Of a DNA stretch of 64,000 nucleotides, positions 18,654 to 25,385 are shown in pieces. The first letter of the stretch is position 1; every line of letters begins with the position of its first letter. Made by a program: the position numbers and the translations under genes. Origin of the DNA: a virus; IMG/VR virus record IMGVR_UViG_3300045988_106231, positions 70,775-134,774 of that record, one strand, 5' to 3'. Under the pieces are notes generated by a model, which had not been told where the DNA came from, did not search any database, and saw nothing but the letters and a program-made list of their open reading frames with translations.

Positions 18654-18809
18654 ATGAATAGTGTACTTATTGATCGGAACGCAGCTAAGAAGGTAGAATC
18701 CATCTTCGAGCATCCTGATAATGTCTATTCGGTGTATTTGAAGACTGGCGGAGATGTCGTTTGGCTACAAGGTGAAATTGAGTTGTATGAATTTTTGCGC
18801 AGCTTATAA
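18654..18809 (+). CDS. hypothetical small protein
   Basis: GAAGGAGAA RBS then ATG 18654. Confidence 0.45.
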   Translation: MNSVLIDRNAAKKVESIFEHPDNVYSVYLKTGGDVVWLQGEIELYEFLRSL

Positions 18810-18830
18810 AACCAATATTTTTGAAAGGAA

Positions 18831-19457
18831 GTGATTCTTATTAACCCTAATTTGTTAATAAATCGTGAGCAAAGTATTGCTATTATATGTATAATGTGCC
18901 TGCTGGCAGGGAATCTGGTATCGAAGATCAGCCCGGTGATTCAGAATCAGAGCAATTCGTACCTTTATAATAGTAGTCCTCCGGCAGTGAGTACTGTGCA
19001 GCAAGAGGAAAAGGAGCCAGAAGTCATTGTAGAGACTGTTGTTGAGACGAAAGTGGTGAACTTTAGCCAGGGGAAATGCGAACTCACCGATGACGAGCGT
19101 GCTCTTGCAGAGCAGATCGTTGCTTGTGAAGCAGGTGCTGATAGCTTAGAAGGTCAGATGGCTGTGGCTCAATGTCTTTATGATTCTGCTGTGATTGATG
19201 GGATTACAATACAGGAAGTCTTTAAGAAGTATGGGTATAGTACCTTATATAATAGGAATGTGACGGCAGAGAACGAGCTGGCCGTATCTATGGTGTTTGA
19301 CTACGGCGCTAAGATTTCGGACAAACCTATTCAATGGTTTGTAACCCCGGCGGCAGCTCCCGGCAGTTGGCACGAGCGAGGAGCAACATTTGCTGGACAA
19401 TTTGGCGCACACAGGTTTTATTATGACGCGAAGCTGGTTGTGGATGATGCTGAGTAA
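18831..19457 (+). CDS. SleB/CwlJ-like cell-wall hydrolase with N-terminal membrane anchor
   Basis: ALAEQIVACEAGADSLEGQMAVAQCLYDS matches the Hydrolase_2 (SleB) consensus ...A.E..GE...GQ.AVA.V..NR; hydrophobic N-terminal segment; GTG start. Confidence 0.6.
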   Translation: MILINPNLLINREQSIAIICIMCLLAGNLVSKISPVIQNQSNSYLYNSSPPAVSTVQQEEKEPEVIVETVVETKVVNFSQGKCELTDDERALAEQIVACEAGADSLEGQMAVAQCLYDSAVIDGITIQEVFKKYGYSTLYNRNVTAENELAVSMVFDYGAKISDKPIQWFVTPAAAPGSWHERGATFAGQFGAHRFYYDAKLVVDDAE

Positions 19458-19510
19458 ATGGCATCATCTAAAATTTCGATAAATAATACAACAAAAAGAT
19501 GTGTAATATA

Positions 19511-19538
19511 TTGACGAAAACAAAAAGATGTGTATAAT
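19511..19538 (+). promoter_or_regulatory. sigma70-type promoter TTGACG-N16-TGnTATAAT
   Basis: TTGACG 19511-19516, extended -10 TGTATAAT 19531-19538; overlapped by two 21-bp direct repeats (19491-19511, 19520-19542). Confidence 0.6.
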
Positions 19539-19580
19539 ATATCTTGAAAGTTGTTTATGTGAGCGGAAGGCGGTATTTCA

Positions 19581-19907
19581 ATGAGTGAGAAAAAGGTTTT
19601 GGAAATTATACAGGTTGAAAACTTTTTGAAGTACATAAGAAAAAAGCGAGTGTGGGTCTGCTTTATTTGTAATGGTGTGGATGTTCACATGATCTGCAAG
19701 AAGATGAACGATATTGGTGTAGAGACACATGGGATTGTCAAAGGCATTGGATTTTTTGGAAACGAAAGTCATGTTGAGCTGCGGCAAGAATGCTACGAAG
19801 TAAGGAGGGTTGAGTTTAGGCCGGGCGATAAAGAGAAAGCGTATGAGATGATCTTCGATAACACCAGCGTGTTCGTATCAGAGAATCCAGAGTTGTACGG
19901 GCACTAA
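19581..19907 (+). CDS. hypothetical protein (Cys/His-containing; candidate partner of downstream toxin)
   Basis: 108 aa ORF immediately downstream of promoter 19511-19538. Confidence 0.55.
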   Translation: MSEKKVLEIIQVENFLKYIRKKRVWVCFICNGVDVHMICKKMNDIGVETHGIVKGIGFFGNESHVELRQECYEVRRVEFRPGDKEKAYEMIFDNTSVFVSENPELYGH

Positions 19908-19926
19908 AAATATTTTCGAAAACCTA

Positions 19927-19955
19927 TTGACTTCTGTAAAGGTATCCTGTATAAT
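19927..19955 (+). promoter_or_regulatory. consensus sigma70 promoter TTGACT-N17-TATAAT embedded in a 21-bp conserved motif (reverse orientation)
   Basis: TTGACT 19927-19932, TATAAT 19950-19955, 17-nt spacer. Confidence 0.7.
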
Positions 19956-19998
19956 ATAGCTATGGAACGGAGCTACACTATTATAGAGGAGAAAGACT

Positions 19999-20418
19999 AT
20001 GGACAACAATATTGACCCAAAGGTCGGAGAGGTTTGGTTGGTTGATCTATCCAATGCGACAGGTCATCAGCAGCGCGGTATTCGACCGTTCGTTGTGACG
20101 AGTAACAATAAGCGCAACTTCTTCAGTCCCACAATCAAAGGGAATCCGTTGTCTTCCAGAACATACAAGCGTTCTCCGGTTCATGTCCTGCTCTCAAAGG
20201 AAGATTGCGATTTCCTAGAGGTTGACAGTATCGTTCTCTGTGAAGAGACTGACACACTTAACAAAGGGCAGTTTATCAAAAAGCTTGGTGTCTTGTCTGA
20301 GCGTCATATGAATATGATCGCAATGGCCAGATGCAAGGATGAACCGTTTTTGATCTCGGCGTTCGTGAGCGGCGTACAACATACTATGGAATTTCAGAAT
20401 TTTGCCGCATTTGCTTGA
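19999..20418 (+). CDS. MazF/PemK-family endoribonuclease toxin
   Basis: N-terminus GEVWLVDLSNATGHQQRGIRPFVVTSNN matches the MazF/PemK signature (GE/DIW.VDL.P..G.EQ.G.RP.LVVS); 139 aa; AGGAGAAAG RBS. Confidence 0.75.
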   Translation: MDNNIDPKVGEVWLVDLSNATGHQQRGIRPFVVTSNNKRNFFSPTIKGNPLSSRTYKRSPVHVLLSKEDCDFLEVDSIVLCEETDTLNKGQFIKKLGVLSERHMNMIAMARCKDEPFLISAFVSGVQHTMEFQNFAAFA

Positions 20419-20471
20419 TTTTTTATAAGGGTTAATGGTACACTACATATAATAAGAAGGAGTGTGCCATT

Positions 20472-21398
20472 ATGCTTACTGAAGAAAAGATCAACGCTTT
20501 TGCTGAAAAGTATTCTGATAGAAGCGGCGAGTTTGTTATATCGACACTTAACCATGTTATGGACTACGAAGCGGAGTGCGGGTATGAGCTATTCGACTTC
20601 ACAAAAGATGATTTTGTAAAGATGTTTGCCAAATACAATTGGGTAAACTCAAGTCGTTCATTCAGAAATGTGAAATCGATAATCACTGGTTATATCAAGA
20701 ACGAAAATCGTACAAGCATGTATGATTTGGCTGAATTCTCAGAGAGCGATGTGAGTTCAGACAATATGTACGAGGACAAGTATTTTGCATCGGTTGATGA
20801 GTTTGTTGGTTTCTTAAACAAGTATGAAGAAGCGTATCAGATTCGTATGAATGTGATTGCTGTTTTGTACTGGATCGGTCTTACTTCTAGTGAGGTTTCT
20901 AATCTAACAATTAACGATGTAGACTTTGAATCTCGTACTGTCCTCGATAGGACTGATGTTGACGCAAGGTTGATGGATATCATCAAGCAGTGTTATGAAA
21001 TGAAACAGTATGATGCGCCCAATATGGGAGGATACAGAACATTTTATGTCATAAATGGTGATTACATTCTTCGTAAAACAGAGGATAGAACTGGTGTAGA
21101 CAGCGACCCGAAGATGTCTGTAAATACAATCCATAGTTATTTTGTGAGGCTGAATGACATTCTCGAAAAAAGACATCATACAAAGATTTTAGATCGAAGA
21201 CATCTGACCAGAAATGGTGAGTATGTGAAGGTCTACGATTACTGTAAGAGTAATTCAGAGTTCAACCTTGCGGAGCTTAGTTTCGGAAATGGTAAAAAAC
21301 CTCTTGCAGACATTATTGGAAGAAAGTGTAGCAAGGTAGCTTACATTAGTTTCCGGCAGGGATACAAGGGCTGGGTCGAATACTTCCACAAAAATTAA
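20472..21398 (+). CDS. hypothetical protein, possibly degenerate tyrosine-recombinase-like
   Basis: Segment AVLYWIGLTSSEVSNLTINDVDFESRTV resembles the integrase Arg-I region but with Thr in place of Arg; no clear HxxR/Y motifs. Confidence 0.4.
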   Translation: MLTEEKINAFAEKYSDRSGEFVISTLNHVMDYEAECGYELFDFTKDDFVKMFAKYNWVNSSRSFRNVKSIITGYIKNENRTSMYDLAEFSESDVSSDNMYEDKYFASVDEFVGFLNKYEEAYQIRMNVIAVLYWIGLTSSEVSNLTINDVDFESRTVLDRTDVDARLMDIIKQCYEMKQYDAPNMGGYRTFYVINGDYILRKTEDRTGVDSDPKMSVNTIHSYFVRLNDILEKRHHTKILDRRHLTRNGEYVKVYDYCKSNSEFNLAELSFGNGKKPLADIIGRKCSKVAYISFRQGYKGWVEYFHKN

Positions 21399-21403
21399 AA
21401 ACA

Positions 21404-21426
21404 GGGGGCTTCGGCCCCTTGATTTT
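21404..21426 (+). terminator. rho-independent terminator
   Basis: GGGGGC-TTCG-GCCCC hairpin followed by TTGATTTT. Confidence 0.7.
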
Positions 21427-21532
21427 AACATCATAACTATATGACACAGGATACTAAACTAAAATAGACATTTTATGAAGAATTGGAAATGAATAAATAA
21501 CGATAATGCGTTAGATAAAAGGAGCAAAAACA

Positions 21533-23605
21533 ATGTCTGATTTCAAGAAATTTCGCGCACTGCTGCAGGACCACTTCAATGAGATGGTGAAGGTCGAGAA
21601 TCCACTGTTTATCACCGATGCAGACGAGGATGAACTGTATAATCTGTATCTCGACAGCTTCCCGGTCGGCACGAATGAATTGTTTCGTAAGCGGCGCGAG
21701 TATGACTGTTCCTGCTGCCGCCGTTTTGTGAAGAATATCGGCAAGCTGGTAGCGTTTGATGCGGGTCGTAATCTGGTTTCTATTTGGGATTTTGATGCTA
21801 AGTCTGCCAAGTATCAGCCTGTTGTGGACGCTCTGGCTACTTACGTGAAGAGTCGCGCCATTGTGAATCCGTACTTTATCAGCCGCAATATGATCGGTTC
21901 TGGCAATATGTTCGGCACCGAGATGAACTACGAGTACGATGAAAACAACAAGGATGTGCATACTTGGGATCATTTCGCAGTCAAGATTCCGCAGCATTTT
22001 ATTACCAGTGGAGATGATGTGGCTACCAAGATGGCTCAGTGGCGTGATTCCGCAAATGTATACAAGCGTTCTCTGGAAGAGCTAACCATGGAGGCCGTTG
22101 ATACTGTGCTGGAGCTGATTGCACAGAATAGTCTGTATCGCGGTAAGGAATTTGAAAACGCCGTCAAGGTATTCAAGACTAACAAGATTGAATACAATAA
22201 TACTCCGGCTGAGAACAAGGCCGCTTATGTTTGGCTGGCCCCGGCGTGGAGCGATATGGGACAGCTTCGTATCCGTAACACCGCTATCGGTACTTTGCTG
22301 GTAAATCTGAGTGAGGGTATGAACGTGGATGCAGCCGTTACTGCCTTCGAGAAAGTTGTTGCTCCCGCAAACTATAAGCGTCCAAAAGCAATTTTCACTA
22401 AGAAGATGCTGGAGGATGCACAGAAAACCGTCACTGAGCTGGGTTATATGAATAGTCTGGGTCGTCGGTTTGCTACTCTGGACGATATCACCGCAAACAA
22501 TATCCTGTTCTGCAACCGTGATGCCGCTCCTCGTATTGCTGGTGCTACAAATCCGTTTGAGGCAATGGCTAAGACTGTTACGATTGATCCCAAGAAGTTT
22601 GGCCGTGCAGAGGAAATTGGTATTGACAAGTTTATCAAAGACGTGTTGCCGACTGCGACCGGCCTAGAACTGTTCATGGAGAATCGTTTCGAGAAGAATA
22701 TGATGTCCCTGATTGCTCCGCAGGATAAGGCTGCGCCAAGCATGTTCAAGTGGCCCAATGGTTTCAGTTGGGCGTATACAGGCAACACGACTGACAGCCA
22801 GATCCGTGAGAACGTCAAGAATGCTGGCGGCAAAGTCGATGGCGTGCTGCGTTTCTCTATCCAGTGGAACGATAAGCAGTGCGAGTGGGATGAAAATGAC
22901 CTTGATGCCCACTGTGTTGAACCGAACGACTTTGAGATCTATTTTGGCAACAAACGAGATTGGAGTACTGGTGGCGATCTGGATGTAGATATTATTCATC
23001 CTGATCGTGATGAGGCCGCTGTTGAGAATATTACATGGCCTGATATCAAAAAGATGAAGGATGGCAAATACGAGTTCTTTGTTCATTGCTTCTCTAACCG
23101 TGGCGGCAAAACTGGTTTCCGCGCAGAGATTGAATTTGATGGTCAAATTTACTCCTTCAATTATAATATTCCGCTGCGTCAGACTCAGAATGTTTCTGTT
23201 GCTACTGTTGTGTTGAAGGATGGGCAGTTTACTATTAAGGAACATCTCAATAGTTCTACTTCTTCCCGTGAAATCTGGGGTGTGAATTCCAATCAGTTTG
23301 TGCCGGTGTCCGTAGCTATGTATTCTCCGAACTACTGGGATGAGCAGACTGGTAATGGCAACCGTCACTACTTTTTCATGCTCAAGGATTGTGTCAACCC
23401 TGAAAAACCCAACGGATTCTATAATGAATTCCTGAAGGTGGAGTTACTGCAGCACAAGAGAGTGTTCGAGGCTCTTGGCTCTCAGATGGCGGTTCAATCG
23501 GTGGATGACCAGCTGTCTGGTGTTGGCTTCTCTGAGACGAAGCACGACCTCTTCATTGTCAAGGTTCAGGGAGCTACTGAGCGAGTTCTGAAAGTTGTTA
23601 TTTGA
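21533..23605 (+). CDS. large hypothetical protein (690 aa)
   Basis: Long ORF with AAAAGGAG RBS; CSCC cluster near N-terminus; no family recognised by eye. Confidence 0.7.
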   Translation: MSDFKKFRALLQDHFNEMVKVENPLFITDADEDELYNLYLDSFPVGTNELFRKRREYDCSCCRRFVKNIGKLVAFDAGRNLVSIWDFDAKSAKYQPVVDALATYVKSRAIVNPYFISRNMIGSGNMFGTEMNYEYDENNKDVHTWDHFAVKIPQHFITSGDDVATKMAQWRDSANVYKRSLEELTMEAVDTVLELIAQNSLYRGKEFENAVKVFKTNKIEYNNTPAENKAAYVWLAPAWSDMGQLRIRNTAIGTLLVNLSEGMNVDAAVTAFEKVVAPANYKRPKAIFTKKMLEDAQKTVTELGYMNSLGRRFATLDDITANNILFCNRDAAPRIAGATNPFEAMAKTVTIDPKKFGRAEEIGIDKFIKDVLPTATGLELFMENRFEKNMMSLIAPQDKAAPSMFKWPNGFSWAYTGNTTDSQIRENVKNAGGKVDGVLRFSIQWNDKQCEWDENDLDAHCVEPNDFEIYFGNKRDWSTGGDLDVDIIHPDRDEAAVENITWPDIKKMKDGKYEFFVHCFSNRGGKTGFRAEIEFDGQIYSFNYNIPLRQTQNVSVATVVLKDGQFTIKEHLNSSTSSREIWGVNSNQFVPVSVAMYSPNYWDEQTGNGNRHYFFMLKDCVNPEKPNGFYNEFLKVELLQHKRVFEALGSQMAVQSVDDQLSGVGFSETKHDLFIVKVQGATERVLKVVI

Positions 23606-23621
23606 AAAGGAGAGAATGAAT

Positions 23622-24005
23622 ATGGAAAAGAATCTATTTGAAATCGCAACTCGTAACCGTTATCGTTTTACCTACAAGGGTGTCATGACCGTGGAAGACC
23701 TGTGGGATCTGAGCGTCGAGGCGTTGGATGCAATTTTTAAGACTTTGAACCGTCAAAAGAAGACTGCCGACGAAGATTCTCTGCTGACCACTAAGAGCGC
23801 CGCCGATACTGAGTTGGCTAATAAAATCGAGCTGGTCAAATATATTGTGTCTATTAAGTTGGCTGAGGCCGATGAGCGAGTGAATGCCGCCGAGAAGAAG
23901 GCACAGCGCGATAAGATTCTGGCTATCATGGCTAAGAAACAGGATGCCGCCCTTGAGGGTATGGATATGAAGCAGTTGGAAGCAGAGCTTGCAAAACTGT
24001 CCTAA
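23622..24005 (+). CDS. hypothetical alpha-helical protein
   Basis: ATG 23622 is 7 nt after AAAGGAGAG. Confidence 0.55.
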   Translation: MEKNLFEIATRNRYRFTYKGVMTVEDLWDLSVEALDAIFKTLNRQKKTADEDSLLTTKSAADTELANKIELVKYIVSIKLAEADERVNAAEKKAQRDKILAIMAKKQDAALEGMDMKQLEAELAKLS

Positions 24006-24071
24006 CTAAGATATTTTCTTCCTCCGAAAATGCCCTGCGCGGGGCTGACAGCCGGGAAAGACCGGCGATAT

Positions 24072-24156
24072 GGGGATATGGTGAAATTGGCAGCCACGCT
24101 TGATTCAAACTCAAGTGTCAAAAGACGTGTCGGTTCAAATCCGACTATCCCTACCA
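24072..24156 (+). tRNA. tRNA-Leu(CAA), type II, CCA encoded
   Basis: Manual fold: acceptor GGGGATA/TATCCCT, anticodon arm CTTGA-TTCAAAC-TCAAG, long variable arm, T-arm GTCGG-TTCAAAT-CCGAC. Confidence 0.7.
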
Positions 24157-24353
24157 TGAAAATCAGTTGTTTCAGCTAGATCGGGGATTGGCCGTTCATT
24201 GGCAAACGACAGGTATCATACCGGTAAAGGATACCGAGCCAAATAGGAAGGGAAATAAGGTGCAAGCCGAGTAGCTGTCGGACGAATACTCTTCAGGTAG
24301 CCAGTAAACTGGAACGTAAAACGAATGTTGGCTGTTTCTGATTTTCTTTACAA

Positions 24354-24437
24354 GCCACTGTGGTGAAATTGGCAGACACGAGGGACTTAAAATCCCTTTC
24401 TGGCAACAGAGTACGGGTCCAAATCCCGTCGGTGGCA
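24354..24437 (+). tRNA. tRNA-Leu(TAA), type II, no CCA
   Basis: Acceptor GCCACTG/CGGTGGC, anticodon arm AGGGA-CTTAAAA-TCCCT, long variable arm, T-loop TTCAAAT. Confidence 0.7.
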
Positions 24438-24444
24438 TTTATAT

Positions 24445-24520
24445 CCGGGTGTAGCTCAGTTGGAAGAGCGCGTGTTTTGGGAACATGAGGCCGCAGGATC
24501 ATGACCTGTCACTCGGACCA
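24445..24520 (+). tRNA. tRNA-Pro(TGG), CCA encoded
   Basis: Acceptor CCGGGTG/CACTCGG, D-arm GCTC..GAGC, anticodon arm CGTGT-TTTGGGA-ACATG; T-loop ATCATGA is non-canonical (A54, U58). Confidence 0.55.
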
Positions 24521-24525
24521 TATAA

Positions 24526-24599
24526 TGCGTCGTAGCCAAGCGGTTAAGGCAGGGTCCTTTGAAGTCCCGATTGCGAGAGTTCGATTCTCTCCGGCGCAA
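24526..24599 (+). tRNA. tRNA-Gln(TTG), no CCA
   Basis: U1:A72 first pair as in bacterial tRNA-Gln; anticodon loop CTTTGAA; T-arm GAGAG-TTCGATT-CTCTC. Confidence 0.6.
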
Positions 24600-24604
24600 T
24601 TTAT

Positions 24605-24690
24605 GCGGGTATGGTGAAATTGGCGAGACACGAATGCTTTAGGGACATTTGCCGAAAGGTATACCAGTTCGAATCTGGTTACCCGCACCA
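24605..24690 (+). tRNA. tRNA-Leu(TAG), type II, CCA encoded
   Basis: Acceptor GCGGGTA/TACCCGC; anticodon arm AATGC-TTTAGGG-ACATT with a C31·A39 mismatch; long variable arm; T-loop TTCGAAT. Confidence 0.55.
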
Positions 24691-24793
24691 CGGTCATAGA
24701 ATGGTTGCGTACCGTTTATTGATCTCCTTTGACCACTATTATTCCCAGCTTACTCGTAAGAGTGCAGTAGTACTTTGTAAGTTGGGTTCTTAT

Positions 24794-24869
24794 GCGACTG
24801 TAGTTCAATTGGCAGAGCGTCAGATTTCCAATCTGAATGTTGCGGGATCATACCCCGTCAGTCGCTCCA
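24794..24869 (+). tRNA. tRNA-Gly(TCC), CCA encoded
   Basis: Acceptor GCGACTG/CAGTCGC, anticodon arm TCAGA-TTTCCAA-TCTGA, discriminator U; T-loop ATCATAC is non-canonical. Confidence 0.6.
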
Positions 24870-25000
24870 CGCGCAGCCCCTTACGCTGCACCGGTTACTC
24901 AGAGCCGAAAGGAACCTATATGTTACGACATGGTTGCCAAGAGTGATCATATTGGAACGCGACGTAGCTTGGATAGTAAGAATTAAATTCTGAGGTATAC

Positions 25001-25067
25001 GGCTGGATAGCTTAATGGTAAAAGCGCTCGGAAACACCGAGAGATAAGGTTCGATTCCTTCACTGGC
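25001..25067 (+). ncRNA. degenerate tRNA-like element (pseudo-tRNA?)
   Basis: Canonical D-arm (GCT-TAATGGTAAA-AGC) and T-arm (AAGG-TTCGATT-CCTT), but no pairable acceptor stem and an aberrant anticodon hairpin CTCGG-AAACA-CCGAG. Confidence 0.35.
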
Positions 25068-25096
25068 ATCGCGCCGATGAAAGTCGGCGTTTGCAT

Positions 25097-25188
25097 GGGA
25101 CGTTAGCTTAGTTGGTTAAAGCTCCTGGCTCATAACCGGGTGATGAGGATAACACCTCACAGGGGTTCGAGTCCCTTACGTCCCACCA
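25097..25188 (+). tRNA. atypical tRNA, anticodon CAT, 20-nt variable arm (92 nt, CCA encoded)
   Basis: Acceptor GGGACGT/ACGTCCC, D-arm GCTT-AGTTGGTTA-AAGC, anticodon arm CCTGG-CTCATAA-CCGGG, variable arm with TGAGG/CCTCA stem, T-arm AGGGG-TTCGAGT-CCCTT. Confidence 0.55.
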
Positions 25189-25385
25189 GCCCGATAGGGC
25201 ATACATAAAATCTGCTAGAACTTTTGTTTTATAAGCGAATGAATAATATGACGTTAATACGTCTATTATTTTTCGCTCATTTTTAAAGTTTTAGCTATAT
25301 TACACAGGATACTAAAGGGGGAGTTGTAATCTTACGAGTTTTAATTGCCTGTGAGGAATCACAGGAAGTTTGTAAAGCATTTCGA

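Noticed and set aside
19491-19542. Possible CRISPR-like repeat
   Set aside because: Only two copies of a 21-bp direct repeat are present, separated by 8 bp. There is no array, no spacers and no cas genes; it fits an operator.
21533-23605. Calling the 690-aa protein an RNA ligase on the basis of a KVDG tetrapeptide
   Set aside because: The tetrapeptide is at ~residue 430 with no supporting downstream motifs III-V in register; the evidence is insufficient.
24158-24353. Possible extra tRNA or small RNA in the 195-bp gap between tRNA-Leu(CAA) and tRNA-Leu(TAA)
   Set aside because: No cloverleaf with D- or T-arm signatures could be folded by eye; only short local hairpins were seen.
24605-24690. 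Interpretation of this tRNA as an ochre-suppressor or expanded-anticodon-loop tRNA (9-nt loop with UUA)
   Set aside because: A standard 7-nt loop fold with anticodon UAG exists with only a C·A mismatch, and no evidence of stop-codon recoding was seen in the ORFs. It is kept as a low-priority check.
24611-24946. 111-aa + strand ORF overlapping the tRNA array, and minus-strand ORFs 24196-24697 in the same region
   Set aside because: They run straight through several tRNA genes, have no RBS, and are the only 'coding' signal in an otherwise RNA-gene region.
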